DNA of 64,000 bases from Bacteroidales bacterium. GTDB taxonomy: Bacteria; Bacteroidota; Bacteroidia; Bacteroidales; F082. Below are positions 44,192-54,214 of the stretch, in pieces. Position numbers and translations under genes: made by a program. The notes under the pieces are model-generated. The model had not been told where the DNA came from. It searched no databases and was given only the letters and a program-made list of their open reading frames with translations. Where the stretch lies: the NCBI GenBank assembly GCA_045613105.1, contig JAZLAI010000017.1, positions 43,497-107,496 of the forward strand, read 5' to 3'. Each line of letters opens with the position of its first letter. Position 1 is the first letter of the stretch.

Positions 44192-47100
44192 ATGAGAAAA
44201 TCATCACTTAAAAATATCAAACACATCTTCACGCTCTTATTATTATTGAGCATAATATTGCCATCATATAAAACACAGGCTCAAAGTTCCGATACGTTAC
44301 AGCTCATATATCCTATACCTCAAGACGACGGTGACCCTACCAACCGCGACAAGAACCAGTCGGGATTTTATCTTAAAGACCCTGACAACATAACACGCGA
44401 AATCGTATATGACCCTGTCACAGGACAATACACTTTCTTCAGCAAAATCGGTGACTTCATGTATCGCGACCCTCAATCGATGAGCCAAGAGATGTATATC
44501 AAATACCAGAATGACAAGTCTATCAACGAATATTGGAAAGAACGCCGTGAAAGCGCAAGCACTGGAGGCGATAAAGGCAACCAGCTCATCCCAACAATAT
44601 ATGTCGGAGGAAAGGCTTTCGACAAGATCTTCGGCAGCAATACCATCGACATCAAGTTACAAGGTTCTGCTGATGTCACTTTCGGTATCAAGAACCAACG
44701 CCGTAACGACCCTTCAAAACCTGTAAGCCAACAAAGGAACACCAACTTCGACTTCGACCCTACCATGCAGCTCAGCGCATCAGCCAAGATAGGCGAGAAA
44801 ATCGAATTCAAACTTAACTATAACACCAAAAGCCAATTCACCTTCGACAACAAATTCAGCTTGAAATATGAAGGCGATGAAGACGACATCATCCAACTCA
44901 TAGAAGCCGGTAACGTCAGCATGCCTCTCAAAAGCTCCCTGATTACTGGCACCCAGTCGCTGTTCGGTATCAAGACAAAATTACAGTTCGGAAAGACAAC
45001 AGTGACTTCCGTCATATCATACCAAGAAAGTGAAACTCAGAACATCACCGTCAGCGGTGGCTCCCTGTCGAACGAATATGAGATAGAATGTCTCGACTAC
45101 GAAGAGAACCGACACTTCTTCCTCAGCCAATATTTCAGGGAGAACTACGAAAGAGCCTTGGCAGACTTGCCTTTAGTGACTTCCGACATCAACATCAACA
45201 AGATTGAAGTATGGGTCACCAACACCACATCCAATTACGAGAACTGTCGTAACATCGTTGCCTTCACCGACTTGGGCGAAGGTAAAGAACAATGGATCTA
45301 CAACGACAGCAAAGTGCATCCTGCCGGCATCATCGGTGCACAATATCCAGACGATACCGTCAACAGCTTGCTCTACAATATGGACTATAACTCATTGAGA
45401 TCTCTAAACTCAGTGACTTCATATCTTACAGGACAAGGATACACATCAGGAAAAGACTTCGAGAAACTACAGAAAGCAAGAAAGCTTACATCTTCGGAAT
45501 ACGTGCTCAACAGCAAGTTAGGTTTCATCACTTTGAACATAAGCCTTAATGCCAACCAGACACTTGCCGTAGCATATCAATATACAGTCATCGGTCAGGA
45601 CAAGGTTTATCAAGTCGGTGAATTTTCAGACCAAAGCATCTCCGACCCTAACCTATTGGTGACAAAATTATTGAAGAGCACGACCATCAACACCAAGATG
45701 CCTATGTGGGATCTTATGATGAAAAACGTCTATAACATGAGAGCTTATCAGGTAAGCCCGAACGATTTCGTCATGAACATTTTATATTTAGGTAATGAAA
45801 ACGGTGTTGCTACAGGATATTTCGCCGATGCAGAAGGCGACCTCAAAGGAAAGTCGTTATTACATCTGATGAACGTCGATAACCTCAACTCACAACAAAA
45901 TCCTATTGACGGAGGCGACGGTATGTTCGACTTCATCAACGGAGCAACCACAACTGGAGGTACCATCAACTCTTCTACAGGTAGAATCTATTTCCCTGTC
46001 CTTGAACCATTCGGCAGCCATATCAGAAAGATATTCGCCGACAATCCGGTGCTCGCCGACAAATACGCATTCGACTCGTTATATACACTCACCAAGACAT
46101 CAGCAGAACAATACACAGATAAAAACAAATTCAGACTGGAAGGTCACTACACCTCATCATCAGGTAGCGAAATCAACCTTAACGCCCTGAACGTATCTCC
46201 AGGATCTGTCACTGTGACAGCAGGAGGAACACCGCTGACAGAAAACGTCGATTATACCGTCGATTATACTTTAGGACGTGTCACCATCCTAAATGAAGCA
46301 TTACTCAACTCAGGAGCTAACATCAACATATCACTCGAAAACAACACAGCTATGTCAACCATGAAGAAATCATTCATGGGAGCAAGAGTGGAACATGAGA
46401 TAAATCCAGACTTCCTCATCGGAGGAACGATCTTACATCTCAGCGAGAGAGCATATACCACAAAAGTCAACTATAATGACGAGCCTTTGTCAAACACCAT
46501 ATACGGATTTGACTTCAACTATCAGACCGATTCACAACTTCTGACCGACCTCATCGACAAGCTGCCATTCATAGAAACAAAACAAAAGTCGAGAATAACA
46601 GTCTATGGTGAGTTCGCCCATTTCATACAAAGCATCAACAAGGAAAACGGACAGAGAGGCATTTCATATATAGACGACTTTGAAGGTGCCAAATCGACGA
46701 TAGACCTCCGACAATATAGCTCATGGCATCTGGCAAGTACGCCTCAATATCAACACGAGCTGTTCCCTGAAGCCTATTCTACAATGGGACTGGACTACGG
46801 AAAGAATCGTTCAAAGCTGGCATGGTACACCATAGACCACTCAGTATTCTATTATCGTAGCTCCACCAACTTACCTCCAAACATCAACAACGATGAATTG
46901 TCTGACCATAGAGTAAGACAGGTGCTTGAGACCGAAATATTCCCTAACAGAGACATCCAGGCAGGAACAATGACCAACGTATCTGTATTGAACTTGGCTT
47001 ATTATCCTAACCTCAGAGGACCTTACAACTACGACACCGAACATATCAACAGCGACGGTACTTTCGACAATCCGGAAGACAGATGGGGTGGTATCATGAG

Positions 47101-50100
47101 AGCTATAGAGTCGTCAGACTTCAACGCCACCAACGTAGAATACATCGAGTTCTGGATGATGGACCCATATTTCGAAGACGGTGAAAACAGTCAGGACAAG
47201 ACCAACATCGGTAAGTTATATTTCAACTTAGGCGACATCTCGGAAGACATCTTGCGTGACGGAAGAAAGTCATACGAAAACGGTCTTCCTACAACAGAAG
47301 AAATCGTCAACGTTGACGAGACACCATGGGGACGTGTGCCATCATTACAAGCCTTGGTGAACGCCTTCGACTCAGACCCTAATTCTAGACAATATCAAGA
47401 CGTCGGTTACGATGGTCTTTCCAATGCTGACGAAGCCTCATTCTTTGATACTTTCATGAACATAATGAAAGCTAAATTAGGAGAAGATTCAGACGCATAC
47501 AAACAATTAGCTAACGACCCTTCATCAGACGACTACCACCATTTCAGAGGAAGCGACTACGACGACGATCCATTATATGAAAGCATCTTGGAACGTTACA
47601 AGAAATACAATGGCAGTGAAGGCAACTCACCATCAGAGACACAATATCCTGAAAGCTATTCTACAAGCTACACTTCACTCCCTAACGTAGAAGACATCAA
47701 CAACGACAACACTCTGAGTGAATCCGAGAACTATTACCAATATGTCATCGACCTTGATCCTAGAAAGATGGACAAAGCAGGTCAGAACAGAATCTCCGAC
47801 ATCAGAGAAACCACAGTCACTACAATCAACGGCGAGAATAAAACCATCAAATGGTATCAGTTCCGTATCCCTATCAGAGAGCCTGACAAGATCGTCGGTA
47901 ACATAGAAGGATTCTCATCAATACGTTTCATGAGAATGTTCCTTAAAGGCTTCAAGAGCGACATCGTCATCCGTTTCGCCACTTTAGACCTTGTCAGAGG
48001 CGAGTGGAGAACATACACACAAGCTATACAGGCTCCAGGCGAATACATGCCAGGCGACCAGACTAACCACACACTCTTTGAACAGTCTGCCGTCAACTTG
48101 GAAGAAAACAGCAGCCGCCAACCTATACCATACGTACTGCCTCCAGGAATATATCAGGAAGTATATACAGGAACATTATCCACAGTACTTCAAAACGAAC
48201 AGGCATTACAACTCTCTGTAGAGAACCTCGTCGATGGCGATGCCAGAGCTGTATATAAATCAACAAGCTTTGACTTCAGATATTACGAAAAGCTACAGAT
48301 GTATATCCATGCCGAGAAGATGTATGAATATGACGACATGGAATATGGAGACCTCACCGTATTCTTACGCTTCGGCTCCGACTTGACCGACAACTACTAT
48401 GAATATGAGGTGCCACTCAAATTTACAGACTGGTACACATCCTCAAACAGAGACAAAGAGATATGGCCAGAAGAAAACAATATAGAAATAAACTTCGACA
48501 AACTCGTTGAAGTAAAGAATAATCGTAACAAGTCATTAGGAAACGGCAATGTTCAAACCAACAGAGTATATTCAGAACTCGACGGCAAGAACAAGGTCAA
48601 AGTCATGGGTAATCCTACCATCAGTGAAGTCAGAAGCATGATGATAGGTATCAGAAATCCTAAGAAACATGGAGATGTCGGACATGACAAGAGTGCCATT
48701 ATATGGATCAACGAGTTACGTCTCACCGATTTGAAGAACGACGGAGGCTGGGCAGCCACAGGACGTGTTGAAGCTACATTGGCAGACTTAGGCCGTGTGA
48801 CAGCAGCAGGTTCATACAACTCTGCCGGCTACGGAGCATTAGAGACCAAGCCTACCGAGTCTAACATGGAAGCCAACAGCTTCTACAGCGTATCTACCGA
48901 CATCGACCTCGGCAAGTTCATGGCTCCTGAAAAGACAGGTATCACCGTACCTATCCACTACGATGTCAACCAGACAACAGTGACACCTGAATATAATCCT
49001 TTCGACCCGGATGTTAAATTCAAGAGTGCGCTTGAGATTATCGAAGATCAGGCAGGAAAAGACTCTCTCAGTGACGCAGCAAGAGATGTTGTGAAACAAA
49101 CCAACTTCAACATCACCAACCTCAGAAAGAACCGTGTCGGAACCAAGAAACCACGTTTCTGGGATATTGAGAACTTCAATGCCACATACGCATATACAAA
49201 ACAAGAACAAAAGAGCAGCGACATAGAATATGCCATCGACAAGAGCTATAGAGGCGGTCTCGGATATTCATATTCAACAAACGCAAAACCTGTACAGCCT
49301 TTCGCAAAAGCTAAATGGGCCGCACCTAAGTATATGCAGATTATAAAAGATATCAACTTCTACTATATGCCTAAGAGCTTCTCCTTCTCAACAGAAATGT
49401 TCAGACAATATCAGGAACAAAAGCTGAGAAACAAGAGTACAGGCGACATCATCATCAGACCAACCTATGCCAAGAGCTGGGATTGGAACCGTAATTACGA
49501 CTTCCGCTACGACATCACAAAAGGATTGAACTTCACATATAACGCAAGTGCCAATGCCTACATCTATGAACCTGCAGGCAATCCTGAGAGAGAGACAGCT
49601 GAATGGGGAGCAAACAGAGATACCATCAAAGATGAGATATTCGGCTTAGGATCTATGTCAAGATTCAACCAGACATCGAAACTCAACTATACTATACCTA
49701 TTAATAAACTACCTCTACTCGACTGGGTAACATCTAGCGCAAGTTATACTGGCACCTATCGCTGGACTGCATCATCACGTTCAACTCAAGATATCATGGG
49801 TAACGTAAATGAAAACGAGTCATCACTGCAAATCAACGGCAATGCCGACTTCACCAAGTTATATAATAAGGTGCCTTATTTCAAAAAGATAACAACACCT
49901 AAACGTCAAAGTGGAAAAGGCAGCAACAACAGCAGACAAGCTAGAATGGAAGATACCAAAAACACTGTCGATACTACAGGCAGCGCACCTAAGAAAAACT
50001 ATGCAAAACTGATAGGTGACAATGCCGTAAGAGTGCTGTTAAGTGTCAAGAAGGCATCGTTCTCATTCTCTCAGTCTAGCGGTGTCTCATTGCCAGGCTA

Positions 50101-51382
50101 TATGTATGAACCAGATTACTTTGGAATCAACTCCATGACAGGAGCTCCTGGTTTCGGATTCGTCATCGGCAACGGTAAAGATGTCCTCAATAATGCCATA
50201 AACAACAACTGGCTGACGACAGACACCACATTCAACCAAGCCTATTCTGAAAGATTCAACGAAAGTTATAACTATAAGGTTGTACTCGAACCGTTCCAAG
50301 ACCTTAAAATAGATGTCTCCGGAACAAGAAGCTATGTAGAGAACTTCTCTCAATATTTCAGAGCTGACGCTGAAGGTGTCTTTGGATTCTATACTCCTAG
50401 CAACGGTGGCAATTACAACATCTCACACATGATGCTATCCACATCATTCAAAGATGGCGATGTCTTGTTTGACAACTTATTATCATACCGTCAAGATATT
50501 GCGATGCGTCTCGCAAATGAAAACCAAGCATGGCTTGACTTAGGCTCACCTATGGTTTACGACTCTATAGGCAATGGAATGTATCCTTTAGGCTATGGAG
50601 CTAACTCACAAGACGTTCTGACATATTCATTCCTCGCAGCATATTCAGGATATGGTGCCGATGAAGTAGAGTTGAGTCTGTTCAGAAAAATAGCACTGCC
50701 TAACTGGTCTGTCAATTTCACAGGACTGACAAAGATTGCAGCCTTGAAAAAGATCTTCAAGACTATCAACATCACACACTCATATAGATCTAACTATTCT
50801 ATATCATCATGGGCAACAAACCTCAACTATGACGAAAACAACCAGATGCTCTTATATGATGGCACAAACCTCAGAGTGCCACAATACGACATGGCACAGG
50901 TCGTCGTCTCAGAACAATACGCACCTTTGATCGGTCTCAAACTCACTTTCAACAACAGTCTCTCGCCATCGTTAGACTTCAAGAAGAGCAGAACAGTCAC
51001 CATCAGTTTCATCAACAATCAGTTGACAGAAGCCGAAGGTCAGGAAATCATCATCGGTTGTGGATATACATTCAAAGACTTAGGAATAGTTCTATCGTCA
51101 GCAGGAGGCAGCAGCCGTACATCGAACGACCTCACCATGAAGCTCGACATCGGCTTCAGAAGAGACAAGACCATCTTGAGAAGTATCGACGAAAACTACA
51201 GCCAGATTTCTGCCGGTCAAAATAAAGTCAACATTTATCTGACAGCCGACTATGATTTCAGCAACAGATTAGGCATGCAGGCATTCTTCAGACATGACAT
51301 GACAGATCCATTTATCGCCAATTCGTTCAAGACTAGCAACACCTTTGCTGGCGTGACATTGAGATTTAGTCTGACACAATAA
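44192..51382 (+). CDS. sprA: T9SS translocon / cell surface protein SprA (Sov)
   Basis: About 2396 aa. Signal peptide, giant beta-barrel-type composition, C-terminal ...FAGVTLRFSLTQ. The ruvA-sprA-gcvH synteny is conserved in Bacteroidota. Confidence 0.88.
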   Translation: MRKSSLKNIKHIFTLLLLLSIILPSYKTQAQSSDTLQLIYPIPQDDGDPTNRDKNQSGFYLKDPDNITREIVYDPVTGQYTFFSKIGDFMYRDPQSMSQEMYIKYQNDKSINEYWKERRESASTGGDKGNQLIPTIYVGGKAFDKIFGSNTIDIKLQGSADVTFGIKNQRRNDPSKPVSQQRNTNFDFDPTMQLSASAKIGEKIEFKLNYNTKSQFTFDNKFSLKYEGDEDDIIQLIEAGNVSMPLKSSLITGTQSLFGIKTKLQFGKTTVTSVISYQESETQNITVSGGSLSNEYEIECLDYEENRHFFLSQYFRENYERALADLPLVTSDININKIEVWVTNTTSNYENCRNIVAFTDLGEGKEQWIYNDSKVHPAGIIGAQYPDDTVNSLLYNMDYNSLRSLNSVTSYLTGQGYTSGKDFEKLQKARKLTSSEYVLNSKLGFITLNISLNANQTLAVAYQYTVIGQDKVYQVGEFSDQSISDPNLLVTKLLKSTTINTKMPMWDLMMKNVYNMRAYQVSPNDFVMNILYLGNENGVATGYFADAEGDLKGKSLLHLMNVDNLNSQQNPIDGGDGMFDFINGATTTGGTINSSTGRIYFPVLEPFGSHIRKIFADNPVLADKYAFDSLYTLTKTSAEQYTDKNKFRLEGHYTSSSGSEINLNALNVSPGSVTVTAGGTPLTENVDYTVDYTLGRVTILNEALLNSGANINISLENNTAMSTMKKSFMGARVEHEINPDFLIGGTILHLSERAYTTKVNYNDEPLSNTIYGFDFNYQTDSQLLTDLIDKLPFIETKQKSRITVYGEFAHFIQSINKENGQRGISYIDDFEGAKSTIDLRQYSSWHLASTPQYQHELFPEAYSTMGLDYGKNRSKLAWYTIDHSVFYYRSSTNLPPNINNDELSDHRVRQVLETEIFPNRDIQAGTMTNVSVLNLAYYPNLRGPYNYDTEHINSDGTFDNPEDRWGGIMRAIESSDFNATNVEYIEFWMMDPYFEDGENSQDKTNIGKLYFNLGDISEDILRDGRKSYENGLPTTEEIVNVDETPWGRVPSLQALVNAFDSDPNSRQYQDVGYDGLSNADEASFFDTFMNIMKAKLGEDSDAYKQLANDPSSDDYHHFRGSDYDDDPLYESILERYKKYNGSEGNSPSETQYPESYSTSYTSLPNVEDINNDNTLSESENYYQYVIDLDPRKMDKAGQNRISDIRETTVTTINGENKTIKWYQFRIPIREPDKIVGNIEGFSSIRFMRMFLKGFKSDIVIRFATLDLVRGEWRTYTQAIQAPGEYMPGDQTNHTLFEQSAVNLEENSSRQPIPYVLPPGIYQEVYTGTLSTVLQNEQALQLSVENLVDGDARAVYKSTSFDFRYYEKLQMYIHAEKMYEYDDMEYGDLTVFLRFGSDLTDNYYEYEVPLKFTDWYTSSNRDKEIWPEENNIEINFDKLVEVKNNRNKSLGNGNVQTNRVYSELDGKNKVKVMGNPTISEVRSMMIGIRNPKKHGDVGHDKSAIIWINELRLTDLKNDGGWAATGRVEATLADLGRVTAAGSYNSAGYGALETKPTESNMEANSFYSVSTDIDLGKFMAPEKTGITVPIHYDVNQTTVTPEYNPFDPDVKFKSALEIIEDQAGKDSLSDAARDVVKQTNFNITNLRKNRVGTKKPRFWDIENFNATYAYTKQEQKSSDIEYAIDKSYRGGLGYSYSTNAKPVQPFAKAKWAAPKYMQIIKDINFYYMPKSFSFSTEMFRQYQEQKLRNKSTGDIIIRPTYAKSWDWNRNYDFRYDITKGLNFTYNASANAYIYEPAGNPERETAEWGANRDTIKDEIFGLGSMSRFNQTSKLNYTIPINKLPLLDWVTSSASYTGTYRWTASSRSTQDIMGNVNENESSLQINGNADFTKLYNKVPYFKKITTPKRQSGKGSNNSRQARMEDTKNTVDTTGSAPKKNYAKLIGDNAVRVLLSVKKASFSFSQSSGVSLPGYMYEPDYFGINSMTGAPGFGFVIGNGKDVLNNAINNNWLTTDTTFNQAYSERFNESYNYKVVLEPFQDLKIDVSGTRSYVENFSQYFRADAEGVFGFYTPSNGGNYNISHMMLSTSFKDGDVLFDNLLSYRQDIAMRLANENQAWLDLGSPMVYDSIGNGMYPLGYGANSQDVLTYSFLAAYSGYGADEVELSLFRKIALPNWSVNFTGLTKIAALKKIFKTINITHSYRSNYSISSWATNLNYDENNQMLLYDGTNLRVPQYDMAQVVVSEQYAPLIGLKLTFNNSLSPSLDFKKSRTVTISFINNQLTEAEGQEIIIGCGYTFKDLGIVLSSAGGSSRTSNDLTMKLDIGFRRDKTILRSIDENYSQISAGQNKVNIYLTADYDFSNRLGMQAFFRHDMTDPFIANSFKTSNTFAGVTLRFSLTQ

Positions 51383-51422
51383 ATTTTTTTCTCATAAGTG
51401 AGAATTATATAGATAAAAATTG

Positions 51423-51430
51423 TATTTTTG
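51423..51430 (+). promoter_or_regulatory. -7 box TATTTTTG for gcvH
   Basis: Exact TAnnTTTG 44 nt upstream of the ATG at 51474. Confidence 0.45.
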
Positions 51431-51473
51431 ACACATTAAAAAAAGTATTTATTAAATTTAAAAAATAAACAAA

Positions 51474-51851
51474 ATGAACATCCCAGCAGAATTAAAGTAT
51501 TCAAAGGATCACGAATGGATCCGCTTAGAAGGTGAAACAGCTTACGTAGGTATCACAGACTTCGCACAACACGAATTAGGTGACATCGTATTCGTTGACA
51601 TCGACACAGTTGATGAAACACTTGAAGCAGACGAAACATTCGGTACAATTGAAGCTGTAAAAACATCTTCAGAATTGTTAATGCCAGTAGCAGGTACAGT
51701 TATTGAGTTCAACGAAGCTCTCGCTGACGCTCCTGAAACAGTAAACAACGACCCTTATGGCGAAGGCTGGATCATCAAGGTTCAAGTTGCTAACCCAGCA
51801 GAACTTGATGGTTTATTAGATGCTGAAGCATACAAAGAATTAATCGGCTAA
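51474..51851 (+). CDS. gcvH: Glycine cleavage system protein H
   Basis: 125 aa. [12 protein letters not shown]...[18 protein letters not shown]...[10 protein letters not shown] (lipoyl-Lys) ...DPYGEGWI. Confidence 0.92.
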   Translation: MNIPAELKYSKDHEWIRLEGETAYVGITDFAQHELGDIVFVDIDTVDETLEADETFGTIEAVKTSSELLMPVAGTVIEFNEALADAPETVNNDPYGEGWIIKVQVANPAELDGLLDAEAYKELIG

Positions 51852-51858
51852 TAACAAT

Positions 51859-51949
51859 AGCTATCAGTCTTCAGCTGCCAGCTATCAGATCGACAACATG
51901 CTGAACGCTGACAACTGACAGCAAGCAAACGAAAGCTGTGAAACGACTG
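51859..51949. repeat. About 13 consecutive heptad units (agctatc/agtcttc/agctgcc/agctatc/agatcga/caacatg/ctgaacg/ctgacaa/ctgacag/caagcaa/acgaaag/ctgtgaa/acgactg)
   Basis: 7-nt periodicity of AG.. and then CTGA.. words across the gcvH-vanZ spacer, running into the predicted VanZ start. Confidence 0.65.
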
Positions 51950-52339
51950 TCGGAAGGATTATATCCAGGTCTCATCTTTTCCATTATAATAATGGTGCTG
52001 ATGGGCATACCAGGGAAATGCTTTCCAACAGTCGTTTGCTTTTGGGACTGGCTGGGTCCTGACAAAATCGTTCATTTCATACTGTTCGGACTGCTGGCAT
52101 TCCTATTATTATGGGGTTACAGAAAAAAAACAGTTTCGGAAAACACTTTATGCCTAAAGAAAAGATTTATCCTGACACTTATTATTTCAATAGCCTACGG
52201 AGGTCTTACAGAAATACTCCAAAAACACGTCTTCATCAATAGATACGGCAGCTTATACGACTTCATAGCCGACGCAATAGGTTGTGTCATAGGAGTTCTC
52301 GCATTTAATTTTTATCTTAAATTTTTTTTAAAAAAATAA
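51938..52339 (+). CDS. VanZ family membrane protein
   Basis: 133 aa with 4 TM segments and DKIVHFILFGLLAF... The GTG start is uncertain. Confidence 0.6.
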   Translation: MKRLSEGLYPGLIFSIIIMVLMGIPGKCFPTVVCFWDWLGPDKIVHFILFGLLAFLLLWGYRKKTVSENTLCLKKRFILTLIISIAYGGLTEILQKHVFINRYGSLYDFIADAIGCVIGVLAFNFYLKFFLKK

Positions 52340-52372
52340 AAAAATCAGAGAACAATATCTAAGGAAATTTAT

Positions 52373-52380
52373 TAACTTTG
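52373..52380 (+). promoter_or_regulatory. -7 box TAACTTTG for the TonB-like gene
   Basis: Exact TAnnTTTG 47 nt upstream of the ATG at 52427. Confidence 0.45.
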
Positions 52381-52426
52381 TGGCGAAATAAAATTCTCGA
52401 GTTTTAACTAGAAAAAGAAATAAAAA

Positions 52427-53113
52427 ATGGAAATTAAAAAATCACCCAAAGCAGATCTTGAAAGCAAGAAATCGACTTTCATTTTGATAGGTCTGGTTGT
52501 GTCATTATTCGTCATCTGGCGCGTATTTGAATACAAAAGTTATGATAAACAAACTTTTGATGATTTGCAAAGAACAGTAGAAGTTATGGAAGAAGAAATG
52601 GTTGAAATCACAAAACAAGAGCAACCAAAAGTTCAACCTCCACAACCAAAACCACAAGTAACACAAATCCAAGTCGTTGAAGACGACGTCGAAGTAGAAG
52701 ACGACATCGACATCAATGCTGAAGTTGACCAAGATGAAGTACTCGAAGAATACGACTTCACCCCACCAGAGATTGAAGAAGAAGAAATCGTAGAAGCAGA
52801 AATCTTCAAAATCGTAGAAGAAATGCCTGAGTTCCCAGGTGGTGCTGCAAAGATGATGGAATATGTCCAAAAAAATATTAAATACCCAATGATGGCTCGT
52901 GAATCAGACATCCAAGGTAGAGTATTCGTCAACTTCGTCGTTGAACCAGACGGTTCAATCACTAACGTAACAGTAATGCGTGGTATCGGCGGCGGTTGCG
53001 ACGAAGAGGCTGTAAGAGTTGTTCAAAACATGCCTAAATGGAAACCTGGTAAACAACGTGGTAGCGCAGTTAGAGTAAACTATACTATACCTATCATCTT
53101 CAAATTGCAATAG
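52427..53113 (+). CDS. Energy transducer TonB family protein
   Basis: N-terminal TM anchor, acidic/Pro-rich linker (QPKVQPPQPKPQ, EEEE runs), C-terminal TonB domain EEMPEFPGG...GRVFVNFVVEPDGSITNV...KWKPGKQRG. Confidence 0.85.
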   Translation: MEIKKSPKADLESKKSTFILIGLVVSLFVIWRVFEYKSYDKQTFDDLQRTVEVMEEEMVEITKQEQPKVQPPQPKPQVTQIQVVEDDVEVEDDIDINAEVDQDEVLEEYDFTPPEIEEEEIVEAEIFKIVEEMPEFPGGAAKMMEYVQKNIKYPMMARESDIQGRVFVNFVVEPDGSITNVTVMRGIGGGCDEEAVRVVQNMPKWKPGKQRGSAVRVNYTIPIIFKLQ

Positions 53114-53141
53114 TTTAATCAAATATAAATCATTGATTAAA

Positions 53142-53170
53142 AGCTGCCTCTCAAAAGGCAGCTTTTTTTT
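53142..53170 (+). terminator. Intrinsic terminator after the TonB-like gene
   Basis: agctgcct / aggcagct stem with a 6-nt loop, then TTTTTTT. Confidence 0.8.
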
Positions 53171-53214
53171 AAATATTAGGTTTTTAATTTCTCTCTATTT
53201 GTAGAAAAAAATAG

Positions 53215-53222
53215 TAACTTTG
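53215..53222 (+). promoter_or_regulatory. -7 box TAACTTTG only 5 nt upstream of the ATG at 53228 (near-leaderless transcript predicted)
   Basis: Exact TAnnTTTG immediately before the start codon. Confidence 0.45.
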
Positions 53223-53227
53223 CAGAC

Positions 53228-54205
53228 ATGAGCGAGCAGATAAATAAAAAGAAATATTCATTACGTTTTGGCAACAGAGACCTGCCGTCTTTCCTTGTCA
53301 CCAAAGAAAATATCAGAAAACTTATTTTCTTCACCACAACATATTCCTTGATATTTATCAATATATTTCGTCCTTTCAACTCTGAATCGTGGATTCCTGG
53401 AATCAACGACTTCAACTACTTCCTCTACTCATCACTGATGGTGCTCATCGGACTGACTCTTATCTCCATAAGCCGCGTCATAATGTATTTCTTCGTAAAG
53501 AAAATCTCAATCGGTTATTTTGAATACCTTATATGGATATTCGCTGAAATTACAATATTGGCAGGATTCTATGTCTTCATCGCTCATAAGGTAGGATTCA
53601 TTTCCAATTTCATAAATGAAAATCCAACACTTTCATACTGGGAAGCTATCTTTGACATCTTGAGAAAAGCCATCGCCAACACCACTTGGATGCTTCTCAT
53701 ACCTTATATCATATCTTTTCTTTATCTCTTTAACGAACATCTAGTAAGAATCGTCATCAAAGAAAAAGATAAAGAAATCGACACACTTCTCGAAAAGATT
53801 AACAAACTTGAAAATAACACTAATCTCATTAACGACAACAAGACATCTGCAATACAATTCAAAGACGAAAAAAACGAATTGCGTTTCACATTATTATCGG
53901 AAAAGATAATATATATCGAATCCTCTGACAACTACTGCATGATAAAATATTTCAACAACGGAGAACTCTCAGATTTCCTATTGAGAAACTCCTTGAAGAA
54001 ATTGTCGGAAGAGCTGAAAGACACTCCTATCCAACGCTGCCACCGTTCATATATGATAAATTTTGAACACGTCGCATCACTGAGGAAAGACAATAGCGAG
54101 ATAACACTTGAACTAGACATCAAAGGAATAAAAGAAATACCCGTTTCAAAATCATACAACGAGAAAATAATGGAATTGTTTGTTAAGTTCTCGAAACAGA
54201 AATAA
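53228..54205 (+). CDS. Membrane-anchored LytTR-domain DNA-binding protein (one-component regulator)
   Basis: 325 aa with 4-5 TM segments, a coiled-coil linker and a C-terminal LytTR pattern (IIYIESSDNYCMIKY...RCHRSYMINFEHV). Confidence 0.75.
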   Translation: MSEQINKKKYSLRFGNRDLPSFLVTKENIRKLIFFTTTYSLIFINIFRPFNSESWIPGINDFNYFLYSSLMVLIGLTLISISRVIMYFFVKKISIGYFEYLIWIFAEITILAGFYVFIAHKVGFISNFINENPTLSYWEAIFDILRKAIANTTWMLLIPYIISFLYLFNEHLVRIVIKEKDKEIDTLLEKINKLENNTNLINDNKTSAIQFKDEKNELRFTLLSEKIIYIESSDNYCMIKYFNNGELSDFLLRNSLKKLSEELKDTPIQRCHRSYMINFEHVASLRKDNSEITLELDIKGIKEIPVSKSYNEKIMELFVKFSKQK

Positions 54206-54214
54206 CTCCATATC

